A stretch of 64,000 nt of DNA from positions 320,001 to 384,000 of the forward strand of contig CBDCDA010000001.1 in assembly GCA_965215335.1 (NCBI GenBank), written 5' to 3'. Each line of letters begins with the position of its first letter. Within the stretch, counting starts at the first letter, position 1. The notes beneath the pieces were generated by a model. That model did not search any database, was not told where the DNA came from, and saw nothing but the letters and a program-made list of their open reading frames with translations. This DNA comes from an uncultured Candidatus Entotheonella sp. GTDB taxonomy: Bacteria > Tectomicrobia > Entotheonellia > Entotheonellales > Entotheonellaceae. Both the position numbers and the translations under genes were made by a program. Shown here in pieces: positions 1 to 10,844 of the stretch.

Positions 1-1
1 C

Positions 2-409
2 ATGTTAATGCCGAGAAAGACAAAATTCCGGAAGCAGCATCGCGGACGCAGAACAGGCCAAGCAAGCCGTGGCAGCACCATCAGTTTCGGTCAATATGCC
101 TTGCAAGCTCTCGAGCCGGCCTGGATTACAAGCCGACATATCGAAGCAGGTCGTATTGCCATGACGCGACACGTTCGGCGTGGCGGCAACGTTTGGATTC
201 GCATTTTCCCCGACAAGCCAGTCTCGAAAAAGCCCGCTGAAACACGCATGGGCAAGGGTAAGGGGGGTCCGGAGTTTTGGGTGGCTGTTGTGAAACCCGG
301 ACGTATCCTCTACGAGATGGACGGTGTGGCTGAAGACGTAGCACGAGAGGCTATGCGTTTGGCGTCTCACAAGCTCCCCATTGCCACTCGTTTCCTCACA
401 AAAAGCTAA
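2..409 (+). CDS. rplP: 50S ribosomal protein L16
   Basis: [16 protein letters not shown]...[24 protein letters not shown]16 signature. Confidence 0.98.
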   Translation: MLMPRKTKFRKQHRGRRTGQASRGSTISFGQYALQALEPAWITSRHIEAGRIAMTRHVRRGGNVWIRIFPDKPVSKKPAETRMGKGKGGPEFWVAVVKPGRILYEMDGVAEDVAREAMRLASHKLPIATRFLTKS

Positions 410-701
410 CAACCTGCGGCCTGTCGGTGGGTGTGTGGCCCGCGAGTCTGTGGTCGCGACCCCGCCCTCGCGCTGTCGCGGGTGTGGGGGGGGATTTTCC
501 GAGGACGATGGTACACCTGTTCAAAACCAAGACAGCGTTAAGCCAGGGCTGGGTGTCAACACAATGGGCGGGCGAATAACAAGATCATACGGGAGGCTGA
601 CACAAGACAGGGAGAAAGGCATCGGCAACGAAGGGTGAAACGTTTGCTGGATTGACTCTCTAGTTAGAGGTTAGAAGGCTCCACTAAGCGAGGGTGGCAC
701 G

Positions 702-908
702 GTGAAAGCATCGGCTCTGCGTGAGCTTACCGAAGAAGAGCTTGGCCAGAAATACAAAGAGTTGACCGAAGAGCTGTTTAATCTTCGCTTCCAGCTGGCG
801 ACAAGCCAAATCGAAAACGTTGGCCGTATACGGGTCGTGCGGCGAGACATCGCCCGCGTGAAGACCATTCAGCGTGAGCGCCAATTATCGCCTCCAAAGC
901 AAGGTTAG
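702..908 (+). CDS. rpmC: 50S ribosomal protein L29
   Basis: [12 protein letters not shown]...[13 protein letters not shown]; position after rplP. Confidence 0.96.
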   Translation: MKASALRELTEEELGQKYKELTEELFNLRFQLATSQIENVGRIRVVRRDIARVKTIQRERQLSPPKQG

Positions 909-921
909 AGGAACATCCGAC

Positions 922-1212
922 ATGGTAGAGCACAAAAGAAAAACCCTGATCGGGGAAGTGATGAGTGATCGCATGCATAAAACCATTACGGTCAGGGTCC
1001 AGCGGCGGGTTCGCCACCCAGTATACGAACGGGTTATCAAACGTAGTAAGAAATATCATGCTCATGATGAACGGAATCAATGCCGGATAGGTGACGTGGT
1101 GCGGATTGTCGAGACGCGCCCGCTTAGTCGGACGAAACGCTGGCGTTTACAAGAAATCGTGCGTCGTCGTATAGGAATCGCGTCGGGATCGGGCGCCGTG
1201 TCTGAGGAATAG
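922..1212 (+). CDS. rpsQ: 30S ribosomal protein S17
   Basis: [14 protein letters not shown]...[19 protein letters not shown]...[14 protein letters not shown] at 922 after GAGG. Confidence 0.96.
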   Translation: MVEHKRKTLIGEVMSDRMHKTITVRVQRRVRHPVYERVIKRSKKYHAHDERNQCRIGDVVRIVETRPLSRTKRWRLQEIVRRRIGIASGSGAVSEE

Positions 1213-1217
1213 AACGG

Positions 1218-1586
1218 ATGATACAGCAAGAAACAGTTCTCAATGTGGCTGACAATTCCGGTGCCCGCAAGGTGAAGTGTTTCCATGTGCTTGGAGGGAC
1301 AAGGAGACGTTACGCGCACGTGGGAGATGTGGTCGTCGTTTCCGTTAAGGAAGCCCTGCCCAACTCGGCCGTTAAAAAGGGTGATGTACGTCGAGCGGTG
1401 GTAGTACGCACAAGGAAAGAGATTCGTAGAGTCGATGGGACCTACATCCGTTTTGACGACAATGCGGCAGTCATCATAAATGATGCGGGAGAACCTATTG
1501 GGACGCGCATTTTTGGACCCGTGCCGCGTGAGCTGCGCGCCAAAGGCTACATGAAAATCATCTCTTTGGCGCCGGAAGTACTTTGA
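1218..1586 (+). CDS. rplN: 50S ribosomal protein L14
   Basis: VADNSGA...[11 protein letters not shown]...[13 protein letters not shown]...SLAPEVL. Confidence 0.98.
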   Translation: MIQQETVLNVADNSGARKVKCFHVLGGTRRRYAHVGDVVVVSVKEALPNSAVKKGDVRRAVVVRTRKEIRRVDGTYIRFDDNAAVIINDAGEPIGTRIFGPVPRELRAKGYMKIISLAPEVL

Positions 1587-1608
1587 CGGCACAGTGAGGG
1601 GGCAGGGT

Positions 1609-1959
1609 ATGGCGGGGACAAAACGTGTTGTTTCCCAAGGACGGGGGCATGTCAGGAAAGACGATATTGTCAAAGTAGTCGCAGGAAAAGACCGTGGCAA
1701 ACAGGGTAAGGTTTTGCGTGTTTTTCCCAAGGAAGGGCGTCTGACTGTAGAGCGTGTAAACATGATAAAGCGTCATACTCGTCCAACTCGCCAGACGCAG
1801 CAAGGCGGCATTATTGAGCGTGAAGGCAAACTGCACATCTCCAATGTAATGCTTCTATGCAGCCGATGCAGCCGTGGCGTCCGGGTGGGTCACCGATTCC
1901 TTGAGGACGGCAAGAAGGTGCGAATTTGTCGTACGTGCAGCGAAGTTCTTGACAAGTAG
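1609..1959 (+). CDS. rplX: 50S ribosomal protein L24 (C-terminal CxxC..CxxC)
   Basis: KOW motif VVAGKDRGKQGKV, GGIIEREGKLHISNV; start uncertain (1594 or 1609). Confidence 0.95.
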   Translation: MAGTKRVVSQGRGHVRKDDIVKVVAGKDRGKQGKVLRVFPKEGRLTVERVNMIKRHTRPTRQTQQGGIIEREGKLHISNVMLLCSRCSRGVRVGHRFLEDGKKVRICRTCSEVLDK

Positions 1960-1983
1960 TGAAATCGAGAAGAGAGGTTGCAA

Positions 1984-2532
1984 ATGGCTTATATGTCGCG
2001 GATACGTCAGTATTATCTTGATGAAGTTGTGCCTGCGTTACAGCAACGATTTGGCTATCGCAATATCATGGAAGTTCCAAGGCTCAATAAAATCGTGTTG
2101 AATATGGGGCTTGGCGAGGCAATCCAAAATGCAAAGCTGCTCGACGGTGGAATGGAACAGCTTGCAATTATCTCTGGACAAAAACCCGTCATCACCAAAG
2201 CACGGAAATCGATCGCTGCGTATAAGTTGCGTGAGGGCATGTCCATAGGTGTGAAAGTAACGCTACGGCGAGACCGAATGTATGATTTTTTTGATCGCTT
2301 GGTCAACGTCGCACTGCCCCGCGTGCGCGACTTCCGCGGCGTTACTGCTAATGCTTTTGACGGTCGTGGCAACTACACGCTGGGAGTCGAAGAACAAGTG
2401 ATCTTCCCGGAGATTGACTATGATAAGATTGAGAAGATCAAGGGTATCGCCGTTACAATGGTTAGCTCGGCTCGGACCGATGTGGAAGGTCGTGAGCTCC
2501 TTCGATTACTCGGGATGCCTTTCCGAACTTAA
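1984..2532 (+). CDS. rplE: 50S ribosomal protein L5
   Basis: [11 protein letters not shown]...[14 protein letters not shown]...LPRVRDFRG...[10 protein letters not shown]. Confidence 0.98.
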   Translation: MAYMSRIRQYYLDEVVPALQQRFGYRNIMEVPRLNKIVLNMGLGEAIQNAKLLDGGMEQLAIISGQKPVITKARKSIAAYKLREGMSIGVKVTLRRDRMYDFFDRLVNVALPRVRDFRGVTANAFDGRGNYTLGVEEQVIFPEIDYDKIEKIKGIAVTMVSSARTDVEGRELLRLLGMPFRT

Positions 2533-2562
2533 AGGTCCGGCAATCAGAAACAAGAGGTGGGC

Positions 2563-2748
2563 ATGGCCAAGAAAGCACTGATTAACAAAGCAAACAGGGC
2601 ACCGAAGTTCAAAGTACGACAATACTCACGTTGTCGTCTGTGTGGTAGGTCCCGTGGGTACTTGCGCAAGTTTGCCCTGTGCCGGATTCACTTTCGTGAT
2701 CTGGCCTTACGGGGTGAGATTCCTGGGGTTGTAAAATCCAGCTGGTAA
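2563..2748 (+). CDS. rpsN: 30S ribosomal protein S14, short zinc-binding type (CxxC...CxxH variant)
   Basis: 61 aa; [39 protein letters not shown]. Confidence 0.95.
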   Translation: MAKKALINKANRAPKFKVRQYSRCRLCGRSRGYLRKFALCRIHFRDLALRGEIPGVVKSSW

Positions 2749-2787
2749 TGTGTTCTTTCAAGCTGATTGGTTGGAGTGGCCTGTCAT

Positions 2788-3186
2788 ATGATGAGTGATC
2801 CTATTGCTGACATGTTGACGCGGATGCGCAATGCCATAGCAGTGCAGCACGAGCGGGTCCTTATGCCGTCATCCCGGATGAAATTGGCGATCGCACGGCT
2901 TCTGAAACAGGAAGGTTATATCCAAGATTGCAGCATGCAGGAGCAGTTGCATCCGCAGGGTCTTTTGGAGGTCGTACTCAAGTACGATTCAACGAGCAGA
3001 AGCGTTATTCACGGTTTAAGGAAAATAAGCACGCCGGGGAAACGTCGTTATGTTTCATGCAAGGCAATGCCGAAGGTCTTGGAGGGTGCTGGTATTGCCA
3101 TTATCTCAACATCCCGAGGGCTTTTGACTGACCGTCAGTGCATTGCGGAAAATGTGGGCGGTGAAGTTGTTTGCTTCGTTTGGTAG
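2788..3186 (+). CDS. rpsH: 30S ribosomal protein S8
   Basis: SDPIADMLTRMRNA...ISTPGKRRYV...IISTSRGLLTD...GGEVVCFVW. Confidence 0.97.
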   Translation: MMSDPIADMLTRMRNAIAVQHERVLMPSSRMKLAIARLLKQEGYIQDCSMQEQLHPQGLLEVVLKYDSTSRSVIHGLRKISTPGKRRYVSCKAMPKVLEGAGIAIISTSRGLLTDRQCIAENVGGEVVCFVW

Positions 3187-3207
3187 CGGGTCAAAGGGGT
3201 TGATACG

Positions 3208-3738
3208 ATGTCACGGATAGGCCGGATGCCCGTAGTTGTTCCTCCGGGTGTAAAGGTGCAACTTGGTGAAGACAATTTTGTGAAAGTCAACGGGCCCAAA
3301 GGGACCTTGACCCGCATGCTGCACCCACGCATCGTGCTTCGTCAAGAGGGTGACAAGATCACGGTGTCGCGGCAAAGCGATGCCAAACTGGATAAATCCC
3401 TGCATGGTCTTAGTCGGACATTGCTGGACAATATGATGGTGGGCGTAACAACCGGATTTGAAAAACAACTGGAGATCGTGTGGGGTGGATTTCGGGCACA
3501 GTTGCAGGACCGTACTTTGACGTTGCAGTTGGGGCATTCCCACCCGGTCATCTATGAAGCCCCCGAAGGGATCGAATTTGAATTGAACCGGTCTCTTGTT
3601 ACGGTCCGGGGAATCAACAAGGAACTGGTGGGTCAGACGGCAGCCAATATACGCGCCATACGAAAGCCGGAACCCTATAAAGGAAAGGGAATCAGATACA
3701 CCACGGAAATTATCCGTCGCAAGGAGGGTAAATCATAG
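3208..3738 (+). CDS. rplF: 50S ribosomal protein L6
   Basis: MSRIGRMPV...GPKGTL...[13 protein letters not shown]. Confidence 0.97.
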   Translation: MSRIGRMPVVVPPGVKVQLGEDNFVKVNGPKGTLTRMLHPRIVLRQEGDKITVSRQSDAKLDKSLHGLSRTLLDNMMVGVTTGFEKQLEIVWGGFRAQLQDRTLTLQLGHSHPVIYEAPEGIEFELNRSLVTVRGINKELVGQTAANIRAIRKPEPYKGKGIRYTTEIIRRKEGKS

Positions 3739-3742
3739 GATC

Positions 3743-4111
3743 ATGGGTAATCTGGGAAAGGGATCGCGGACACGGGAGCGGCGGAGAAGACGGGTACGGA
3801 CCAAAGTTCGAGGGACACCACAAAGGCCACGTCTTTCGGTATTTCGCAGCGCAAGGCATGTTTACGCGCAAATCATAGATGATGCGTCAAATCGTGTTCT
3901 GGCTTCTGCGTCGAGCGTGACCGGAGAGTTTCGCGCTACAGGCGTGAAGGGTGGTAATGTTTTGGGAGCTGCCCTGGTTGGCGAAATGGTTGCGGGGAAA
4001 GCCAAGGAGCAGGGCATCCAGCGCGTCGTGTTCGACCGTAACGGTTTTTTCTATCACGGGCGCGTGAAAGCTGTTGCGACGGCAGCGCGTGAAAACGGCT
4101 TGGAATTTTAG
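3743..4111 (+). CDS. rplR: 50S ribosomal protein L18
   Basis: [20 protein letters not shown]...[16 protein letters not shown]...ARENGLEF. Confidence 0.97.
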   Translation: MGNLGKGSRTRERRRRRVRTKVRGTPQRPRLSVFRSARHVYAQIIDDASNRVLASASSVTGEFRATGVKGGNVLGAALVGEMVAGKAKEQGIQRVVFDRNGFFYHGRVKAVATAARENGLEF

Positions 4112-4148
4112 CCATAGGACGTGAAATTTCAGGGGCGAAGGAGAGTGG

Positions 4149-4652
4149 GTGGTCGAAGCGGGTGCCGAGCAAACCGAATACAGCGATAAAATTGTGCATG
4201 TGAATCGGGTAGCAAAAGTCGTGAAGGGTGGCAGGCGCTTCAGTTTCAGCGCTCTCGTCGTGGTAGGCAATCACGCCGGCCGGGTTGGCATCGGGCTTGG
4301 CAAGGCGAATGAGGTGCCGGAAGCCATTCGGAAAGCCGTAGACAAAGCCAAAAAGAATCTATATGCCGTCCCATTAGCCGGCACAACCATCCCACACAGT
4401 GTTTTGGGTCACTATGGGGCAGGTCGTGTTTTACTCAAGCCTGCCGCTCGTGGCACTGGAATTACGGCGGGCGGCCCTGTTCGTGCCGTTCTGGAGGCTG
4501 TTGGGGTAGGTGACGTTCTCACCAAATCCCTCGGGACCAACAATCCGCACAACGTCGTCAAGGCTACGATGGAAGGGCTGCTGCGGTTACGGAGCAGTCG
4601 CGAGATTGCCCGGGTGCGTAATATTGAGCACGAAAAGATACGAATTCGGTAA
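4149..4652 (+). CDS. rpsE: 30S ribosomal protein S5
   Basis: [22 protein letters not shown]...[13 protein letters not shown]. Confidence 0.97.
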   Translation: MVEAGAEQTEYSDKIVHVNRVAKVVKGGRRFSFSALVVVGNHAGRVGIGLGKANEVPEAIRKAVDKAKKNLYAVPLAGTTIPHSVLGHYGAGRVLLKPAARGTGITAGGPVRAVLEAVGVGDVLTKSLGTNNPHNVVKATMEGLLRLRSSREIARVRNIEHEKIRIR

Positions 4653-4663
4653 AGGTCCTGATA

Positions 4664-4849
4664 ATGGCAAGCAGCAAGAAAATCGCGGTACGCTTGACGC
4701 GAAGTGCAATTGGACGGCCCGAAAAACAGCGGGCCGTGTTGCGCGGGATGGGATTGACCAGGTTGCATAAGGTGGTCGAATTGCCGGATACGCCGCAGAC
4801 GCAAGGCATGCTGGACAAAGTGAGGCATTTGATCCGTATTGAGTCATGA
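4664..4849 (+). CDS. rpmD: 50S ribosomal protein L30
   Basis: LTRSAIGRPEKQRAVLRGMGL...DTPQTQGMLDKVRHLI; synteny. Confidence 0.94.
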   Translation: MASSKKIAVRLTRSAIGRPEKQRAVLRGMGLTRLHKVVELPDTPQTQGMLDKVRHLIRIES

Positions 4850-4881
4850 CAGGGCGCAATACGAATTTTCCCGGAGACAAT

Positions 4882-5331
4882 ATGGCGACACTCAGTTCTC
4901 TCCATCCCCCAGTCGGCGCCCGCAGGGCGCCTAAACGTGTAGGCCGTGGCCCTGGTTCGGGTCATGGCAAGACGGCTTCGCGCGGGCACAAAGGGTTGAA
5001 AGCACGCTCTGGTGGCGGTCGCGGGGCCAGATTCGAAGGTGGCCAGATGCCTTTGCAGAGGCGCCTCCCAAAACGGGGTTTCACCAATATCTTCAGGGTC
5101 GAATACCAGATTGTCAACGTGGGCGAGCTAAACGCCTTTGAGAGTCAAACTGTGGTAACGCCTTCAGTGCTGCAGGAGTCCGGGAAGATCAGATCCTTGA
5201 AGAAGCCGATCAAGATATTAGGAGAGGGCGATCTTTCGGTGCCCTTGACCATAAAGGCGGACAAGTTCAGTCGAGCTGCCAGGCAAAAGATCATGAACGC
5301 CGGTGGAAATGTGGAGGAGGGGCCTGCGTGA
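4882..5331 (+). CDS. rplO: 50S ribosomal protein L15
   Basis: RVGRGPGSGHGKTASRGHKG...FEGGQMPLQRRLPKRGF. Confidence 0.97.
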   Translation: MATLSSLHPPVGARRAPKRVGRGPGSGHGKTASRGHKGLKARSGGGRGARFEGGQMPLQRRLPKRGFTNIFRVEYQIVNVGELNAFESQTVVTPSVLQESGKIRSLKKPIKILGEGDLSVPLTIKADKFSRAARQKIMNAGGNVEEGPA

Positions 5332-6644
5332 TCGACGGGGTTCAAAACGTATTCAAGATTCCAGAACTGAGAAAACGGATCCTCTACACTTTTGGATTGC
5401 TGGCGGTTTATCGTGTGGGAGCCTTCATACCAACGCCAGGTATCGACGGTCAGGCTTTGACCCGATATTTCGAAAGCATGCAGGGCACCATCCTGGGATT
5501 CTTCAACATGTTTTCAGGTGGTGCCCTGCAACAGATGGCAGTGTTTGCACTAGGCATCATGCCCTACATTAGTGCATCTATCATTCTTGAATTGCTTACC
5601 GTCGTTGTGCCTCACCTTGAGAGGCTGAAGAAGGAGGGCGAGCAAGGGCGCAAGAAGATCAGTCAGTACACCCGCTATGGCACTGTGGTACTTAGCTTGA
5701 TCCAGGGCTTGGGTATTTCCATCGGCCTTGAAAATATGGAAGTCGGCGGGGCATCCGTCGTACCGGCTGCTGGATGGGGATTCAGGGCGATGACCATGCT
5801 GACGTTAACCGCAGGTACGACATTCCTCATGTGGTTAGGCGAACAGATAACGGAGCGTGGCATTGGCAATGGCATATCGCTTCTGATTTTTGCCGGGATT
5901 GTTGCCGGAATGCCCTCCGCCGCAGGCTCTACCTGGACGCAATTGCGTTTGGGAGAGATGAGTCCTTTTCTCTTCCTGCTTCTCCTCATCGTGATGGTTG
6001 CCGTGGTGGCCGCAATCGTTTTTATGGAAGCGGGTCATCGCAAGATTCCAATCCAGTACGCGAAGCGTGTGGTCGGACGGCGCGTATATGGCGGGCAGAA
6101 TACCCATTTGCCCCTGAAAATCAACACTTCGGGTGTCATCCCACCGATTTTTGCCTCTTCTATCATGGTTTTCCCGGCGACGATTGCCCAGTTTGCCGGC
6201 GGTCAGAACGCCGGTGGCATATTGGACACGGTTGTTCAACAACTCTCGCCGGGGACCCTGCTTTACTCTGTCCTGACCGTGGTTCTGATCATATTTTTCG
6301 CCTATTTTTATACGGCCATCATTTTCAACCCTGCTGATGTCGCCGACAACATGCGGAAATATGGAGGATATGTCCCGGGTATCCGACCCGGCAAGAGGAC
6401 AGCGGAGTTTATTGACCGCACGTTATCGCGGCTAACCTTGGCGGGTGCACTTTATTTGTCCTGCATCGTCATTCTTCCCACATACTTGGTGCTGTTTCTT
6501 CGCGTGCCATTTTTTTTCGGCGGCACGGGGCTCCTCATCGTGGTTGGCGTGGCGATGGACACCATGCAGCAGGTGGAATCCCATTTGGTCATGCGTCATT
6601 ACGATACATTTATGAAAAAAGGGCGACTGAAAGGTCGTCGGTAG
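5328..6644 (+). CDS. secY: preprotein translocase subunit SecY
   Basis: FALGIMPYISASII, WLGEQITERGIGNGISLLIF, IPGIRPGK-type loop; many hydrophobic segments. Confidence 0.98.
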   Translation: MIDGVQNVFKIPELRKRILYTFGLLAVYRVGAFIPTPGIDGQALTRYFESMQGTILGFFNMFSGGALQQMAVFALGIMPYISASIILELLTVVVPHLERLKKEGEQGRKKISQYTRYGTVVLSLIQGLGISIGLENMEVGGASVVPAAGWGFRAMTMLTLTAGTTFLMWLGEQITERGIGNGISLLIFAGIVAGMPSAAGSTWTQLRLGEMSPFLFLLLLIVMVAVVAAIVFMEAGHRKIPIQYAKRVVGRRVYGGQNTHLPLKINTSGVIPPIFASSIMVFPATIAQFAGGQNAGGILDTVVQQLSPGTLLYSVLTVVLIIFFAYFYTAIIFNPADVADNMRKYGGYVPGIRPGKRTAEFIDRTLSRLTLAGALYLSCIVILPTYLVLFLRVPFFFGGTGLLIVVGVAMDTMQQVESHLVMRHYDTFMKKGRLKGRR

Positions 6645-6684
6645 AATCGTATAACAACAACGCTGTATTTACAATTACGAGATC

Positions 6685-7434
6685 ATGATCACCTATCGGT
6701 CACCACGCGAGATTGAAAGGATTAGGGAAAGCTGCCGATTGGTGGCGGAAACGCTGCAGCGCTTGCAGACAATGATTGAACCTGGAAGAACAACAGACGA
6801 ACTTGATCGCACTGCCGAGGCTTTTATTCGCAAACAGGGAGGGCTTCCGGCGTTTAAGGGTTATCGAGGATTTCCGGCAACATTGTGTACTTCGATCAAT
6901 TCCGAGGTGGTCCATGGCATCCCATCCAAGAAGCGGAAACTGAAAGAGGGTGATATTATCGGGGTTGACTGTGGTGCAATTGTCGATGGTTATTATGGAG
7001 ACCATGCTATTACTTTCCCTGTTGGTGCTATCGATCGAGATTTACAGTCTCTCATTGAGGACACCCGCAGTGCTCTGAACGCAGGAATCACTCAGGCTCG
7101 AATCGGTAATTATCTGTCAGATATTTCGCATACGATTCAGACTTTCGCTGAGCAGCGAGGTTATGGGGTGGTAAAGGATTTTGTTGGACATGGTATTGGT
7201 ACGGAGTTGCATGAGGAGCCACAGGTTCCCAACTTCGGTCCCCCGAGGCGCGGACCACGTTTACGTGAAGGTATGGTGTTGGCGCTGGAGCCCATGCTGA
7301 ATCTGGGAACTTGCGACGTGCATATCCTGAAGGATAATTGGACGGTCGTTACCGACGACGGCTTGCCGTCGGCTCATTTTGAGCACACCGTTACGGTAGC
7401 TGAAGGGGGCGGCGTCATCCTCAGTCAGCTTTGA
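6685..7434 (+). CDS. map: type I methionine aminopeptidase
   Basis: CTSINSEVVHGIP, GHGIGTELHEEP, EPM, SAHFEHT motifs. Confidence 0.97.
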   Translation: MITYRSPREIERIRESCRLVAETLQRLQTMIEPGRTTDELDRTAEAFIRKQGGLPAFKGYRGFPATLCTSINSEVVHGIPSKKRKLKEGDIIGVDCGAIVDGYYGDHAITFPVGAIDRDLQSLIEDTRSALNAGITQARIGNYLSDISHTIQTFAEQRGYGVVKDFVGHGIGTELHEEPQVPNFGPPRRGPRLREGMVLALEPMLNLGTCDVHILKDNWTVVTDDGLPSAHFEHTVTVAEGGGVILSQL

Positions 7435-7464
7435 TAAGCGGCCCTATCACGATATCTGGAGATT

Positions 7465-7683
7465 ATGGAAAAGGAAGAAACGATAGCTGTCGAAGGTACG
7501 GTGGTCGAGCCTTTACCTAATGCCATGTTTAAGGTGGAGCTTGATAACAAACACGTGGTCTTGGCACATATTTCAGGCCGAATGCGGATGCATTTCATCC
7601 GTATTCTTCCCGGAGATAAGGTGAAATTGGAGTTGTCGCCCTATGACCTGACTCGGGGGCGAATTGTTTATCGCTTCAAGTGA
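7465..7683 (+). CDS. infA: translation initiation factor IF-1
   Basis: [10 protein letters not shown]...[19 protein letters not shown]...[10 protein letters not shown]. Confidence 0.98.
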   Translation: MEKEETIAVEGTVVEPLPNAMFKVELDNKHVVLAHISGRMRMHFIRILPGDKVKLELSPYDLTRGRIVYRFK

Positions 7684-7751
7684 TGTCAAGTGATGTTTAC
7701 CGTCGTGTTCAGGTAAAACCCCGAGGCAGAAGCTGCTGTGAGGGCAACAAC

Positions 7752-7865
7752 ATGAAAGTTCGTGCTGCGGTGAAGCCGATCTGTGCAAAGTGCAAGGTCA
7801 TTCGTCGTAAGGGTATTGTGCGGGTTCTTTGTGAAAACTCGCGCCATAAGCAACGACAAGGCTAG
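7752..7865 (+). CDS. rpmJ: 50S ribosomal protein L36 (Zn-binding type)
   Basis: [37 protein letters not shown], 37 aa. Confidence 0.96.
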   Translation: MKVRAAVKPICAKCKVIRRKGIVRVLCENSRHKQRQG

Positions 7866-7885
7866 ACATGAGGGAGAAGTAGAAG

Positions 7886-8257
7886 ATGGCTCGCATAGCT
7901 GGAGCTGACATTCCAAACGAAAAACGAGTCGAAGTCGCTTTGAGGTACATATATGGTATTGGGCCCACCTCTGCGAAGAAGATATTGCAAGCCACAGCAG
8001 TTGATCCCGACACACGTGTGAAGGCACTGACTGAGAGCGATATTACCCGTCTCCGTGAGGCAATCGAGGAGCAGTATTCCGTGGAAGGCGACCTGCGTCG
8101 GGAAGTGGCAATGAATATCAAGCGACTAATGGACGTGGGAGCTTATCGTGGCTTAAGGCACCGGCGCGGATTGCCGGTGCGAGGCCAGCGAACCCGGACC
8201 AATTCTCGCACGCGTAAAGGTCCGCGGCGCACGATTGGCCGCAAGAGTAAGAAATAA
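7886..8257 (+). CDS. rpsM: 30S ribosomal protein S13
   Basis: MARIAG...IYGIG...[20 protein letters not shown]. Confidence 0.98.
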   Translation: MARIAGADIPNEKRVEVALRYIYGIGPTSAKKILQATAVDPDTRVKALTESDITRLREAIEEQYSVEGDLRREVAMNIKRLMDVGAYRGLRHRRGLPVRGQRTRTNSRTRKGPRRTIGRKSKK

Positions 8258-8271
8258 AGGGTGTATTCTAC

Positions 8272-8667
8272 ATGGCAGAGTCAAGACGCAAAGAAGGGAA
8301 ACGCCGCCGTGAACGGCGTACGGTCGCAGAAGGTGTGGTGCATATTAAATCGACCTTCAACAACACGATCATTACCATAACCGATGTCGGGGGCAACGCG
8401 TTGGCTTGGGCCAGCGCAGGCGGGCAGGGTTTCCGGGGCTCGCGCAAGAGCACACCTTTTGCTGCTCAAACTGCCGCCGAGCAAGCCGCTCGAAAAGTGA
8501 TTGATCAAGGCATGAGAAAAGTTGATGTGTTGGTTAAAGGACCTGGTTCGGGACGAGAAGCTGCTGTTCGTGCACTGCAAGCAGCCGGTCTTGAGGTGAG
8601 TGTTATTCGCGATGTGACGCCGATACCGCACAATGGCCCGCGTCCCCCGAAAAGACGGCGCGTCTAA
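8272..8667 (+). CDS. rpsK: 30S ribosomal protein S11
   Basis: [12 protein letters not shown]...[10 protein letters not shown]...DVTPIPHNG. Confidence 0.98.
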   Translation: MAESRRKEGKRRRERRTVAEGVVHIKSTFNNTIITITDVGGNALAWASAGGQGFRGSRKSTPFAAQTAAEQAARKVIDQGMRKVDVLVKGPGSGREAAVRALQAAGLEVSVIRDVTPIPHNGPRPPKRRRV

Positions 8668-8695
8668 GTTTAAAAAGAGGGAGGTTGGAACAAAC

Positions 8696-9322
8696 GTGGC
8701 AAGATACACGGATGCTGTCTGCCGGTTGTGTCGTCGGGAAAATATGAAACTTTATCTCAAGGGTGACCGCTGTTTGAGTGACAAGTGTGCCATTAACAGG
8801 CGTAACTATGTACCGGGTCAACATGGACAGAGGAGGACAAAACTTTCGGAATACGGCTTGCAGTTGCGTGAAAAGCAAAAGGTCAAACGAACGTATGGCG
8901 TACTGGAATCTCAGTTCAGACGTTATTTTGCACGGGCATCACGTTCGAAGGAAGTAACGGGTTCAGAGCTTCTGATACTTTTGGAGCGTCGATTGGATAA
9001 TGTCCTCTATGTCATGGGCTTTGCTGATTCTCGCGCCCAAGCAAGGCAGCTTGTCCGTCACGGCCACTTCCGCGTCAATGGTCGCAAAACGAACATTCCG
9101 TCGTTTCTCGTCAAACAGGGTGACGTTGTTGAACCTCGGGAAAAGAGTCGGGAGTTAGAAGTACTGCGCAGCGGGATGCAACGTCACGACCAAAGACAGA
9201 TTCCTGAGTGGGTCCATGTGGATGTGGAGAATATGCGGGGTATGGTGCAGACGCTGCCAAAACGCGATGACATCACGTTGTCATTCCAGGAACAGCTTAT
9301 AGTTGAACTTTATTCGAAATGA
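8696..9322 (+). CDS. rpsD: 30S ribosomal protein S4 (Zn-binding type)
   Basis: GTG start after [19 protein letters not shown]...QLREKQK...LERRLDN...IVELYSK. Confidence 0.97.
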   Translation: MARYTDAVCRLCRRENMKLYLKGDRCLSDKCAINRRNYVPGQHGQRRTKLSEYGLQLREKQKVKRTYGVLESQFRRYFARASRSKEVTGSELLILLERRLDNVLYVMGFADSRAQARQLVRHGHFRVNGRKTNIPSFLVKQGDVVEPREKSRELEVLRSGMQRHDQRQIPEWVHVDVENMRGMVQTLPKRDDITLSFQEQLIVELYSK

Positions 9323-9415
9323 AGGGTTCACCTGCCACCAATACCTCGTGCAGTCGTACTCGCCTCATGTGTTTCACGCAACACGTGTCGGGAAATGTAG
9401 AAGGAGCATTGTAGC

Positions 9416-10405
9416 ATGGAGACAATGTCGATTGGCTTTCAGAAACCTAAGCGTATCGAAAGCGATCGAGATTCGCTGACCAATACATACGGGCGTTTCA
9501 CGGCCGAGCCATTTGAACGTGGTTTTGGCGTGACGATTGGTAACGCTTTGCGTCGTGTGCTGCTCTCCTCTTTAACGGGAGCCGCGGTGACCGCCCTAAA
9601 GATTCAGGGTGTGTACCACGAATTCTCGACAATACCGGGTGTCCTGGAAGACACTACGGAGATTATTCTCAACATTAAAGAATTGCTTTTGAAGATGCAT
9701 GTGGACAAGCCAAAGCAACTCTCCCTGCGAGCTACCGGGCCGGGCGAGGTGCTGGCCGATCAAATCGCCACGGATGCGGATGTCGAAATTCTGAACCCCG
9801 ATCTTCATATCGCCACCCTCAACAAGGATGCGACATTGGAAATTACAATGGATGTCCAGAGGGGGCGAGGGTATGTCCCCGCCGAGAGACATGCCGCATC
9901 AATCGTCGACCCGCAAGTCATCCCCGTGGACGCGGTTTTTTCCCCTGTCCGTCGGGTAGGTCTGCATGTAGAGAACACACGCGTTGGTTACGCAACTGAC
10001 TATGACCGGCTGATATTCGAAGTCCATACGAACGGAAGTATTTACCCGAAAGAGGCCATTGCACAAGCTGCTGCAATCCTCGATGATCATCTGAAGATCT
10101 TCGTTAATTTTCGGGAAGATACTGTCCAGGAAACCCCGGAGGTGGATGAGGTGCGGCAGAAGCTGGTCGAGAACCTCAGCCGTAGTGTTGACGAATTGGA
10201 ATTGTCAGTTCGTTCCTACAACTGCCTGAAGAACGCCAATATCAAAACCATAGCTGAACTCGTGCAGCGCAATGAGCCGGAGATGCTCAAGACCCGAAAT
10301 TTTGGCCGCAAATCTCTTAACGAAATCAAGGAGATCTTGACCAGTATGGGTTTGGGACTTGGCATGAGTCTGGACGGGACGGATTGGCCAGGAAAAACAG
10401 CCTGA
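9416..10405 (+). CDS. rpoA: DNA-directed RNA polymerase subunit alpha
   Basis: [22 protein letters not shown]...[13 protein letters not shown]...[10 protein letters not shown]. Confidence 0.98.
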   Translation: METMSIGFQKPKRIESDRDSLTNTYGRFTAEPFERGFGVTIGNALRRVLLSSLTGAAVTALKIQGVYHEFSTIPGVLEDTTEIILNIKELLLKMHVDKPKQLSLRATGPGEVLADQIATDADVEILNPDLHIATLNKDATLEITMDVQRGRGYVPAERHAASIVDPQVIPVDAVFSPVRRVGLHVENTRVGYATDYDRLIFEVHTNGSIYPKEAIAQAAAILDDHLKIFVNFREDTVQETPEVDEVRQKLVENLSRSVDELELSVRSYNCLKNANIKTIAELVQRNEPEMLKTRNFGRKSLNEIKEILTSMGLGLGMSLDGTDWPGKTA

Positions 10406-10433
10406 GTCGCTTCGTAGGGAAAGTGAGCAGATT

Positions 10434-10802
10434 ATGCGTCATCTGAAAAAAGGGAAAAGTCTGCATCGCCGGAGCAGTCATCGTAAGGCACTGCTTTGTA
10501 ATTTAGCAGTGGCGGTGCTCACTCACGAACGGATTCGTACGACGGAAGTAAAGGCCAAAGAGGTGCGTGGCTTGGTAGATCGGATCATTACGTGGGGCAA
10601 GCGGGGCGACTTGCACGCCCGGCGTCTGGCAGTCAGAAAGGTCCGTAGCCGGACGGTTGTCAAGAAGGTATTCGATGAATTAGGTCCACGCTATCGACAA
10701 CGGCCGGGTGGATATACGCGTATTATGAAAGCAGGCCGACGTCAAGGAGATAACGCCCCAATGGTGTTGATGGAATTAGTAGATCGTCCTTCAGAATCGT
10801 AG
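10434..10802 (+). CDS. rplQ: 50S ribosomal protein L17
   Basis: MRH...HERIRTT...RPGGYTRIMK...GDNAPMVLMELV. Confidence 0.97.
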   Translation: MRHLKKGKSLHRRSSHRKALLCNLAVAVLTHERIRTTEVKAKEVRGLVDRIITWGKRGDLHARRLAVRKVRSRTVVKKVFDELGPRYRQRPGGYTRIMKAGRRQGDNAPMVLMELVDRPSES

Positions 10803-10844
10803 ACTTAATCGGATACCAGTCGGCTTGATAGCCCCGTCGTTGAT

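Noticed and set aside
6644..6685. adk absent between secY and map
   Set aside because: adk is often relocated; the 40-bp gap shows no remnant.
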